Shown here piece by piece: positions 26,401 to 38,400 of a stretch of 64,000 nucleotides of DNA. A program made the position numbers and the translations under genes. A model generated the notes under the pieces. The model searched no databases. It was given only the letters and a program-made list of their open reading frames with translations, and was not told where the DNA came from. The stretch covers positions 7,100,741 through 7,164,740 of the forward strand of contig OZ037768.1 of NCBI GenBank assembly GCA_964035545.1. The letters run 5' to 3'. Position 1 is the stretch's first letter, and each line of letters begins with the position of its first letter. The DNA comes from Bugula neritina (taxonomy: Eukaryota > Animalia > Bryozoa).

Positions 26401-29400
26401 ATGAGACCAAATGTGACATCACGTCAAAGGCTGGTGCAAGATACGTATTAGATGTGACCTATAACGGGGTTCCTACACCTCAGATAACGTGGAAAAAGGA
26501 CGGGCAGGTTATTGAAGACTCTGCCTTGATTGAGAACAGAGATTCAATTACTCAACTAGCTATATCCAAACTTGAAATGGCAGATTCAGGGCAATATAGT
26601 GTGACGGCTGAAAACTCAGTTGGCAGGGACTGTGCTGCCTTCTTACTGGAAGTGAAAGGTAAGCAGATTCTGCTCCATGAAAATTTATGCAACTCTGTTT
26701 GCTCTGGCTTCAAAACAAGTCTTTAAAGCCAATATAATATTTGAAGCCATAGACACTGTACAACTGTTGAAACTTTGAGTGAAAATGTTAAGAAAACATA
26801 TTAACCAATTAATTGCTGTCGCATATTTCTGAACTTTTTCATTTTGTTCTGAATGCAGGTGATGTCAATAAACATTGAGACTTCGGTCACAGGGTTGAAA
26901 GGTCACAGGGTTAAAAGTTATAGTTTTTTTGATTGAGTCTAATTATTCAGAGGTTTCTGGTTCTGTTTTAGACAAACCGTCACCACCACAGGATCTCGCT
27001 GTGACAGAAGTATCTGCTGACTCGGTCACTCTCTCCTGGAAGACTCCCAACTCTGACGGTGGGTCAGCAATCAACACGTATGTTATCGAGAAACAGGATG
27101 TCAAACGTGGAACTTGGCTTAACGCTGGAACAGTTCGGGTTAGTTTTCTATGGTATTTTATTATTAGTTGCCACACTAAGTTGGCTCAATAAACTGACAA
27201 CAGTAAACATATAATATTTATGGCGCCCTATGATGCTCTGTATAAACTTCACCATTGTGACTTGATATTTCAATTTTCCTAGAAAAAATATTTCTAATAA
27301 GCAGGATTAACTGGTGGCAAGGATCAAATGAAATTATATTTACATTATTTGACAACCGAATATTGAATATTTTAAATCATTGATTATTCTATAAACATAA
27401 AAAAATCAGTCAAAGATATCGTGGCCCAGTCTTCTTCGCTTTTTCCTTTGATATAACTTTATAGATCTGGCTAATTTGCTAGGGCTGTTTAGATCCGTGA
27501 TTGCATTTTGAACATTTTCCTTAAAACCGCCTTCCTTGTTTCCACCGGGATAGTACTGTGCCACCACAATGGTCCTAACGTACCCAACATGTCCTGGTAT
27601 TTCGCATTCAGCATAGCCTATGCCAAATATTTTGGTTTCTTTCCACACAAGTTGTGTGAATTGGGCTACAAGCATACAATTCATGAATTAGAATATGGCC
27701 ATGTAATGAAAACTGAAACTACTCTCCAAAATGATAAAAATTGCATTACTGGCAATTTAAAAAACTGTCAAATAAACTATAATTGGGTATCTACTGAGCT
27801 CAAAGATTAGGTTGCCTTTGGGACCCACCCACATGTCGTCTACCCAGTATGACATAGCCATGTTCTCTATAATTCTCATATGTACTTACATGTCTAAAAA
27901 CTCTACTAACTTGAATTTAGTTTGAAACTGCTACTAATACGGCTGTAAGTACTAACAATGCTAAAAGGTTTTTCTGTCCATCGTTTTTTGTGTAACATAT
28001 ATGTGTATGCATGTAATGTAATTTTGCTTTCATGTGCTCTGTTATTCGTGCAAGTATAATGTTGTCTTGATAGTATGCTATTCAAACATAGTCCTACTGA
28101 GCTGATAATAGAATGAACTATTCCGATTGTTATTTTGTAATGGACAAAAAATTTGACACAATTTTTATGCCTTACTTAACCAGTGATAAACGGTGTTAAC
28201 AGTTTGTAAGAATTGAATATATTTGATTCTTGAATTCAACAAAACCTGAGTTTGTTATCACCTTTTGCTTTACGAAAATGCGCATTCTACTTAATACAAT
28301 GAGCATACTGTCGCAAATTCTCTTTAATGGTATTACAGCTGCTGTAATAAACTTATGTTTTACATGTTGGCATTTTGAGCATAGAAAATAATTACCTGCG
28401 CTATCTTCAAATTCTCCATCAAATTTGTAGTTTTCCAATTCCTTATACCAGTCAAACACACACTTACGTCCCTCTGGCTGTTGATACTCTTCATGCCAAA
28501 CTAAGTATTCGGACAGATTTTCACCGCAGATGCCAATCTGATAGCGTCTATCCTTTTGCTCACTGTGTTCAAATAAATTGTTGTCCGCGAGCCACTCTGC
28601 ATGCGCTCTGCAAGTCTTTGACAATCTCGTGCACATCTTCAGGGGCGGTGCCCCATGGTTTTGGCGTATTTCATTGGTGGCATTTAAAGCCTCACTTTCA
28701 AATAAGGTGTAAAGATCTCGCCTTGTTTGTCTCGCCAATTTAATATAGTGCATCAGAGGAATCCATAAGCAATTCTGCATGCAGCATGTTAGTCTACACC
28801 CCATGTCCAAGGCTTACTTGTTCTACTAAACATTATAACATTATTTCCATTATATCAACAAGCTCTAAATGAAAATTATGATGACTAGTATCAGTCAGCT
28901 CTCTGATGATGTCATTAACTCAACAATGCTGTAATTGTTGTATAAAATCATTTTTATTATTGCAAGTCAATGTAGCTATATTTTTATATGTATGCTTATA
29001 ATTTTATGTCGATAAATATAGCAGTATCTGATGATAAGATAAATGTATAAAAAAATTAAATAAAAACAGCCGGTATGGATTTTTTATGAAAATATTTATT
29101 ACATCAACCCGCCAATCCTATTATACAGCTATAGAATGTGTTATTTAATTTTTTTTGCCTGCTATGTTTTTAATTAATCTGCTTTTACAGTCAAGAACTC
29201 GTGAGTTCACAGTACCTAAACTTACTGAAGGCTCCAGCTATCTGTTCCGTGTGTTTGCTGAGAATGATATTGGAGCCAGTGAACCTGCAACAACCAAAGA
29301 GCCAACAACTCCCAAGAGTAAATTCCGTGAGTAGCCTGGAGTTTAGTGACTTACAAGTACAGTTAGCAACTTACTTTGTATCAGTTTTCAATAACCATAT

Positions 29401-32400
29401 GATGTTTTGTTCAGGTGTGCCTGGACCACCGAGGTTACTAGAAGCAAAAAATATAACTGCTACGACAGCCTCTTTGTCATGGAGTGCTCCAGAAGATGAC
29501 GGAGGCACACCCATTACCAACTACCTCATTGAGAAAAAGCAGTCAACCGGCACTAGGTGGTCTAAAGTCAACAAGTAAGTTCTAAAGTAGTTAGAGTGTG
29601 TAGTTGTGTAAGAATCGAGTGTTTGAAAATTAGTTTTCCACATTTAACGTGTTGGACGAATTAGACTGCAATAGCATTTTTATGCATTGATATAACTGTT
29701 AATATTAGTCTACTAGCTAATGCCTCCTTTTATATGTATTTTAGGGAGAAGGTGACTGATCATGACTATGAGGTTACTGGCCTTGTGGAGGGAAGTAATT
29801 ACCATTTCAGGATCAGTGCTGAAAATGTTGCTGGTGTTGGATCTTCTAGTAGCGAGGTTGGACCAATTACAGCTAAAGATCTAATCAAGTTCACAATCCC
29901 GCTTGAAGATCAAGACGTAAAAATTGAGGACTCAGTAGAACTTATGTGTGAAGTTAACAAAGACAATGTTTCTGCTACTTGGTACAAAGATGGCAATGTG
30001 CTCAAGTCTAGTGATCGGTATAACATTGTTCAAGATGGCCGCCGTCATCGATTGCTGATTAAAGACGTGACTTTGGATGATGAATCTGAGTATTCGTGCA
30101 AGGTTGTTATATATTCTCTTAATTTTCTTTTTATTATTTCAATTTTCATTGTCCATTTTCGACATCTTAAATGTTTTTGGGTTTTCAAGTGTATGACATG
30201 CCTGTGAATTTTGTATAAGGTTGAAGATGTGACTACCAGCTGTGCAGTGTTTGTTGAGGAAGACGATATCGAATTTACCAGACATTTAGAAGATGTTATC
30301 ATAAGAGAGATTCCATCAACAGTTACATTCAGCTGTGAGGTATGCTGTACACTCTGGTGTTATGAACTGCTGTACTCTCTGGTGTTATGAACGGCTAGCA
30401 TACAAGATTATAATAGCAAGCTTTTCCGATTATAATTTTTCGAACTGAGTTTTTGTTGGACATAATTATAATCTTTATGTTGCTGCTTGTAACACTTCTT
30501 TTATTGCATGAGGTTTTTGCCATTTTAGCCAAACAAAATTAAACGCAGAGGTAATTGTGATTTTACTAAAATGTTGTCTAACTAATCAGGCAGTCGAACT
30601 CTATTCAATTGTTTATGTAATCTTGGTGTAAACAAGCTTGGTCTATGTGTGACCAGTACTTACTTCATGGTAAGAAGAGAATATTATGAACACACTGATT
30701 GGTTACTTGTGCAGGTACCTCGAGAAGGTTTACATGCCAAGTGGCTGAAAGACGGTGAAGCGCTTCCTGACAAACCTAAGAAGTACAAACCGTACAGCAA
30801 GCACCATTCATACGCTCTAGAGATCAAGGATGCTGATGAGAATGATGAGGGAGACTACAGTGTGATTATCAAGGGGAAGAAATCATCAGCTACTCTTTCT
30901 GTTGAAGTATGGAAGCAGTTGTTTTTGTGATTTTTGTAAAAGAGCATTTAAATTTTCAGACTGGTGATAGTCAATTTATAGTAATACCTGACTATTTGTA
31001 GCACATCTAGCTTTCAAATTTTTATATTATCAAATGTGTTTGCTCAACATAATGTGCTATGATTGTGTCATGTCTTGTAGGTTTATCCATCCCTTCATAT
31101 CAACGAGAAGCTAACAGAGACTGTCACTGTCAAGGCTGGTTCAGCTACTGTGTTTGAGATACCTTTCATTGGTTACCCCAAACCAGAAATCATGTGGTTC
31201 TTCAACGAGAAAGATTTACAGCAGAGTAAGAGACTACAGGTAGAGACGGTGTCTCGACTCACCTCATTGAGACTGAAGAACATTGAGAAGACTGACACTG
31301 GTGTTTACACTGTGCTGGTCAAGAACTCTGTGGGAGAAATATCGGCAGATATAAAACTAGTTGTGCAAGACAAACCGTCTGCTCCTCAGAAACTGACGGT
31401 TGCTGATGTCACGGAAGATTCAGTAACTCTTGCTTGGAAGGTAACAATTTTAGCTCTATTGTAAGCTTTCAGCTTGTAAGAGGTGTTGATAAAATTATAC
31501 TGTAAACAATTAAACCCAATTTATTATCCAAGCAAAGTTTATTTACTATAAAATTTTGTTAGCTCCAATAATATTTATTATACTGCAATGAGGTGCTCGA
31601 ACTTTTACATGGCAGAAAATAATCTTGCTTTTTATATATCTTTTTAATGTGGTTTCTGTGTGATAAATACAAATGTTCAATATCGTTACTAGTGGAGTTT
31701 GTTTATTTTTGTTTCCTATTCTCTAAATGTTCATTTTGCTATCCAATTATTGTTTTTTAGGAACCAAAGGACGATGGAGGCTGCCCAATCATTAGATACA
31801 TCATCGAAGGTCGGGTTGGTAGTCGTAGAAGTTGGCAACAATTTGTCCGCACTGACAAAATAGAGTATACAATATCTCGTCTTGTGGAGGGAGAGAAGTA
31901 TTCTTTCCAAGTAATGGCCGAGAATGAAATCGGAGTAGGAGAGCCGACGGAGATTGACAAGCCAGTAGTACCTGCTAGCAAATTCTGTATGTTTGAAAGA
32001 TGTTTAACTTTTTGTTAACTGCTCTGTCCACAGCCTCCTCAATGCATGTTGGTTACCAATAAATGATTTATACTAATTCTGATTTTAGCTGTACCAGGAA
32101 AGCCTGCTCCTCCAGATGTTGCAGACGTGTACAGTGATCATGCTACTCTGACGTGGAAACCACCAGTCAATGATGGCGGCACTCCAGTGACAGGATACCA
32201 CCTTGAAAGGTCAACCAACAATAGCGGTAGATGGGTACGTGTCACCAGGGACCCCATCAAGCCTTTGACATACGAAGCCTCTAACCTACTAGATGGTACA
32301 AATTATGAGTGGCGAGTCATAGCTGTGAATGCGAGAGGAGAGAGTGAGCCCTCAGAGTCATGTGACTTTGTCGCTAAAGATCCGTGGGGTAAGTCACACA

Positions 32401-35400
32401 TTTCACGCCACATTTTCTACTTTCAGTAAGAACTTTACATTTCCCCAATATATAAGGCTAAAAGTTTGAGGAGAAATTCAATGTAGAGTTGCGATGAATT
32501 TTTATTTTGAAATTCCTTTTTAGGTAAACCTGGTCAGCCAGAACCTCCGATTGTGTCCAACATCAAAGCTACATCTGTTGACCTGTCATGGCAACCACCT
32601 AAGTCAGATGGCGGTGCAGCGATCCATTCCTATACTGTTGAGTTCAAGGCCGTTACCCAACATAGGTGGATAAAGTCGATAGAAGACGTCTCTGAAACTA
32701 AACACAAGGTCACTGGCATAGTGGAGGGGTATGACTATGAGTTCAGAGTAGCTGCCACTAACAAAGCTGGCACTGGACCATTCTCAGAACCATCCAAGTC
32801 TGTTCTTGTGAAGGAAACTATTGGTAAGCATATTTTGTATTGCTGTCCGGGAAAAACGTATAAGGGTACCTAAATTTTAATATTTGAACTGAAGAATCTA
32901 GCTCTCTTTATTATCTTTTTAAATGTCTGAAAATGAGCAAATCAAATCAGTTTATTACATACATTTTGTGTGCGTGTTTTAGTTGGCAAGGCACCCAAGT
33001 TTACTAAGCGCCTAAAAGACACTAAAGCCACTATTCCTGGAAAAGTAAAGCTTTCTGCTGATGTTGATCTTGGAAAACCTACGGCAGAAATAAAATGGTT
33101 TAAAGACTGGAAGGAGCTGTATCCTGGACCAAAGTATGGTATTAGTCAATCTAAGCACAAGGCAGAGTTGGAGTTTAAGGAGCCGCAGGTTAATGATGCT
33201 GGCAAATACAGGTGCTTAGTGAGAAATGCCCTCGGAGAAGATGAGTGTGAAGCCATCCTCACCATTAACTGTATGTATATGATATACTCAGTACCTTTGA
33301 ACTAATTGAAATTATGTTTTATATATTTTATTTTTCCAAAATAGCTTTGTAATATTTTTATTTAGTATTTTCAACTATTAATATATTAACTTTTTTCACT
33401 TTTGATTTTGGAAAACACCAATTTTTAATAAATTCCGTGCTTGGTTTTTTTGTAAAAGCCTAAAGCTATTGGAAAACTTATTGGCTTTATGTAAAGTTTT
33501 TTCAAGTTCTACTAATATTGTGCAAAAGTAATAAACTGCAATGTGTGGTATTACACTATTACATGACTTTAATCGCCAACTGTTGTGTTATAGGTAAACC
33601 ATCCTTGAGCTGCAGCCAAACCAGCCATATTGTCAAAGCCGGCACATCATTACTTTGTGAGTGCACAGTTTCCGGCTCTCCCCAACCTAACGTCACTTGG
33701 ACGTTCAATGACAAACCTGTTGACGCAGATTATGTCAAGGTAGCAGATACCTACACCATTGTGTCTCTGCCTAAGATAACGGCAGCTCAAGCAGGTAGCT
33801 ACAAGGTCGTAGCTGAGAATGCTGCCGGAAAAGATGAGCTCACAGTCTCTGTTACTGTACTCGGTAAGTTACCTGCTATAAATATGTAGACTGTGTTGCT
33901 AACACAAACTGGTTGTAGTTCTGGGGCTCTGTATATCAAATTTTAAACCAATTTACCTCAAAATTACATTCCCATACAATTACTGCTGTAACTTTTATGC
34001 TATTAAAGTGATAATTGCTTTTAGGCAGTGATATACGTGACAGGTTTTGTTCAGTTGGTGTATTGAAAATGGACTATAGTAAATGTAATAAAATGTTCTT
34101 ATAACAGTGATACTTCATTTTGTGTTAACATGATGTGTTATAAATCTAATAACTACTTGATAGTACTTCGACATGTTTTCCAATTTCTTGTGTTAAGTTG
34201 TTTTTTATGTTATAATTTGTGTGTTCTAGATAAACCAGCTTCTCCTAAGGACTTCAAAGTGACTGCCACTCATAAGGACAGTGTTGAGTTGAGTTGGAAT
34301 ATTCCAGAATATGATGGAGGTTCGCCAATCACTCAGTATGTTATTGAGAAGCAAGATCTGTCTAGAGGCACCTGGTCAGCTGGTGGTAAAGCTCGGCCGA
34401 GTGCTACAGAGTTTACAGTAGGCAAGCTGACTGAGGGAAAAGAATACTTGTTCAGAATATACGCAGAGAATGAAGTAGGAGTTAGCTCCCCTGTTGAAAT
34501 CAAAAAGCCAGTAACAGCTAAAAGTCCTTACAGTAAGTTTAGGCAATATACTGCTTTGTGTTTTTAATTGGTTTCAACAGATAAATGTTTTACATGTATT
34601 TTAAAGTGGTTTGCTGTAAAAATTTGATATACTTTTTCAGTTTATAATAGCAATTTGCCAGCTACTCATCACCATATACTATATAACATGTTTTGGCTGC
34701 AGCTTGTGTCACAAGTATGAAGATTTTAACTGCTTATTGTATCATAACAAGTAAAATGGGATCACAATTTATACAGTGTTAGTATTTTAAAGTTGAAACT
34801 ATTTTGAGTTGTTCATATTTTCTATCATCACCTTTATGAATTGCGATATTATTTATTTGTAGACCTACCCAGTGAACCTTTAGCAGTAACAGCTTCAGAC
34901 ATTAATAGTGGCTCTCTAGTTCTCTCATGGAAAGAGCCAGTTAAAGATGGTGGTGCTGCTATATCCGGCTATTATGTTGAAAGAAGGACAGGTTTCAACC
35001 CGAGGTGGGCAGCTGTAAACAGAAAACCCGTACACATTACTAAGATGAATATAGATGACCTGGCTGAAGGCAGAGAGTATGAGTTTAGAGTTGTTGCTGA
35101 AAATGAAGTCGGCGTTTCCAAACCCAGCGAGATTGCTGGACCATTCAAAGCACAAGAGCCATATGGTGTGTAGAACTATTTGCCTCTCAGAATCTCTAAC
35201 ATTATCATGAATTATTATTAACTAGTTATCAGTTTAATGCGATTGGTATGCTAATTTGTATGTTTGCTTTTTAATTTTTTTCCTCCTATTTATGAGTATA
35301 TCTTTATTCTTTTAGAGCCAATTGAAGTTTTAGCGCCATTAAAGGACACAATTGTAAAAGAAGGTGAAAATGCTGTACTGGAGTGTAAGATTAGTAAACC

Positions 35401-38400
35401 TAGAGTGAAGGCCACATGGTTGAAGGATGGTAAACCATTGAAGGATGAAACTAGAAAGAGTATAAAGCATGATGGCCAGCTTCATAGACTAACCATCAAC
35501 AAAGCAGAACTTTGTGATGTTGGCAAATACTCTGTCAGCTTTGATGATGATGACTGTATACTCGAGGCTAATGTAGACATCAAAGGTACCTCTATTTTAA
35601 TTTCAGGTTGATATATTTTTATATTTCTAGAATTATAGATGTTTATACTGCTGTTTCAATGTTTATTTGTTCAAGTCACTTTATTACTAGTACATTGGCA
35701 GTAAAATCATCTGAAATGGCTTTTTAATACTACTTCATTATTGTATTTATTTATAAACAAGTTACAAATAATAATATACACTGGTGGTCAATAAGTTATG
35801 TTTATAACAAGAATGTTGTGCCCTTTTTTAAAACATCCTTTTTGTCTAAAGATTGTTGTATTAATATATTTATTTTTTTTATTTTTAATATATTTTATTT
35901 GGAAATAATTTTTAGATAATAATATACAATGTTAATCAATGAGTCTAGGTTTATAACAACAATTGTGTTGTGCCTTTTGTTAGATTTATCAAAGTAATGA
36001 TTATATTTTGCAGAAGATGACGTTGAGATTGTTAAGCCATTGGAAGATATGGTTGTGAAAAGTATGGGCCATCCGTTGACATTTGAATGCCATCTATCTC
36101 GCCATGTCGCTGAGTTTGCTTGGATGAAGAATGGTAAACCGTTGATCTCGGATAAACACTACAAGCTGATGCAGAGCGACGCTGTATATAAACTCCTTGT
36201 CAGCCATGTTGAGCCCGAGGACGCTGCAGAATACACCTTCTCGTGTCGGGGCAAAAAGACATCTGCAAACCTTATTCCTAAAAGTATGTAGGATATGCTT
36301 GTTTTAATTTTGAATATCTTAAAAGTGAGAAAAAAGAAATATAGATAGTTGAAAGTAAATATTGTAAATGCTGCAAGTGTATGTGTAAGCTTGTATTTTT
36401 ACACAAATTATTCAGAAATTTCATTGATTTGCATAAACAGAGTTATAAAAACTGATCGATTTTCATGCTACTTAATAGACATTTCAGCTTTTTCGTGAAA
36501 ACAGCAATACTTCTTTTCTTGCATCTACAGTACCTCTGAAATATTCTTATGATGCATTTTGTAGTTCCACCAGATCTCAACCATCTTGGCAAGGCTAAGC
36601 GTCACATCACGGTGAAGGCTGGCTCAGTAGCTATCTTTGAAGTTCCATTCACAGCTTATCCAACCCCTGAGGTGAGCTGGAAACACGGCAAAAATGATCT
36701 TCCTAAGGAAAAGCGATTCCAAGAGGAGACCATTTCCTGCGTATCTACGTTACGAATCAAAGAATGTCGGCTGGAAGATGCCGGTGAATATATAGTTGTC
36801 CTGACCAACGATCACGGAGAACTATCGACAACTTACCGATTAACCGTGTTAGACAAACCACAGGCACCAAGAGACTTGAAACTAGACTCCATGACCGAAG
36901 ATTCTGTTACACTATCGTGGATGCCTCCTTTGCATGATGGGGGAAGTCCGGTCAAACAGTATGTCATTGAAAAACGAGAGGCATCGCGTCGAAGCTGGCA
37001 GAAAGTTGGCACGACTCGTGACACTAGATTCAATGTGAAGGGGTTGCTGGAAAGTGAAGGTTACTTTTTCCAAGTGCGAGCTCAGAATGAGTTTGGAGTT
37101 GGAGACGCTGTTGAGATTTCCCAAGCAGCTACCCCTGCCAGTCAGTTTAGTAAGTAATTTAAACATATTACTTGTAAATACTTTATTTGTGAAATTAGTA
37201 TGATTTGAAATAAATAAGATTATGTTTATCAATTCATTATAGTTATGTAATATTGGTTTTGCTTTCTGTTTTTATTCTTTAAAAATGTATGCGTTTATCT
37301 AAAGATAAGTTGCTTGTAACTAGATATACATAATATACATTATGTTTAGGTGTCCCATCAGCACCATTAAAGCTGGAAGTAACTAACCCTACCAATTCAT
37401 CAGCTCATTTAACTTGGCATCCACCTACTAATGACGGTGGAACTCCTCTGATTGGTTATTATGTGGAGCGATCCACCAATGAGAGTGATAGATGGTTGAG
37501 AATCTCAAGAGATGTACTCACACATACCAACTTCAGTCAGTCTGAGTTGATTGAGGGCACAACTTATCAATATAGAGTAGTAGCCATGAACAAGAAGGGT
37601 GATAGTGAGCCTAGTGAGCCCTCCACCCCCTTCACATGTCAACCGCAGATCTGTAAGTTTTATTTCTGGACATTTATTGCATAGTACTTTCCACTATCCA
37701 TTTACTGCTTCAGAATTTATCATGCTTTAAGCAATATCTACTATTTTTTTATACAGCCAAGCCGAGTGCACCTAATGGTCTTCAAGTGCTGGAAACAAGC
37801 AAGAACTCAATTTCACTTGCCTGGAGGATACCTAATACAGATGGTGGCTCCCCTATAACTGACTATATCATTGAGACCAGGATCTCGGGATCCAAGAACC
37901 GCTGGGAGAAGCTGGACAAGGAGCCGTTGACTGAAACCAAGTACATCCTAACTGGACTGAGAGAAGGCAGATATTATGATATTAGAGTCAGCGCTGTCAA
38001 TGCTGCCGGAACTGGACCTGCCACTGAGATCAAGGGAGATGCTGGTTCAAGGTCTACACCTGGTAAGATTTGTTGAAATACTTGTTCTCAGTGCTGCTAA
38101 TGGTTCCACGTTATAATGTAGCTGTATGTAAAGTTCTGATTTGCTCCGTTGGTGTTTTTTTTAGTTTACGTTTGCCTTTAAAGTAAGGTTATGACTTTAA
38201 TATATTTTATATTCAAGTTAAAAAATTAAAACTAAAACTTTCACAAAAACTTGAAAAGCAATTTTTTTAAAAAGCAAAACTATTGCAAATCTTTAGTTAA
38301 TTTTAATTTGAAAGACCCTCAAGTTTTGTTGAAATAATGAAACCGTGTTTTAGGGATTAGTAGTTTAACAACGCTTATTATTTCATTTTCATCAAATATA

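Noticed and set aside
26885-30392. Short two-copy tandem duplications in introns (26885-26916, 30343-30392; similar at 2891-2914 and 56814-56860)
   Set aside because: Ordinary slippage duplications with no spacer-array structure; not CRISPR-like.
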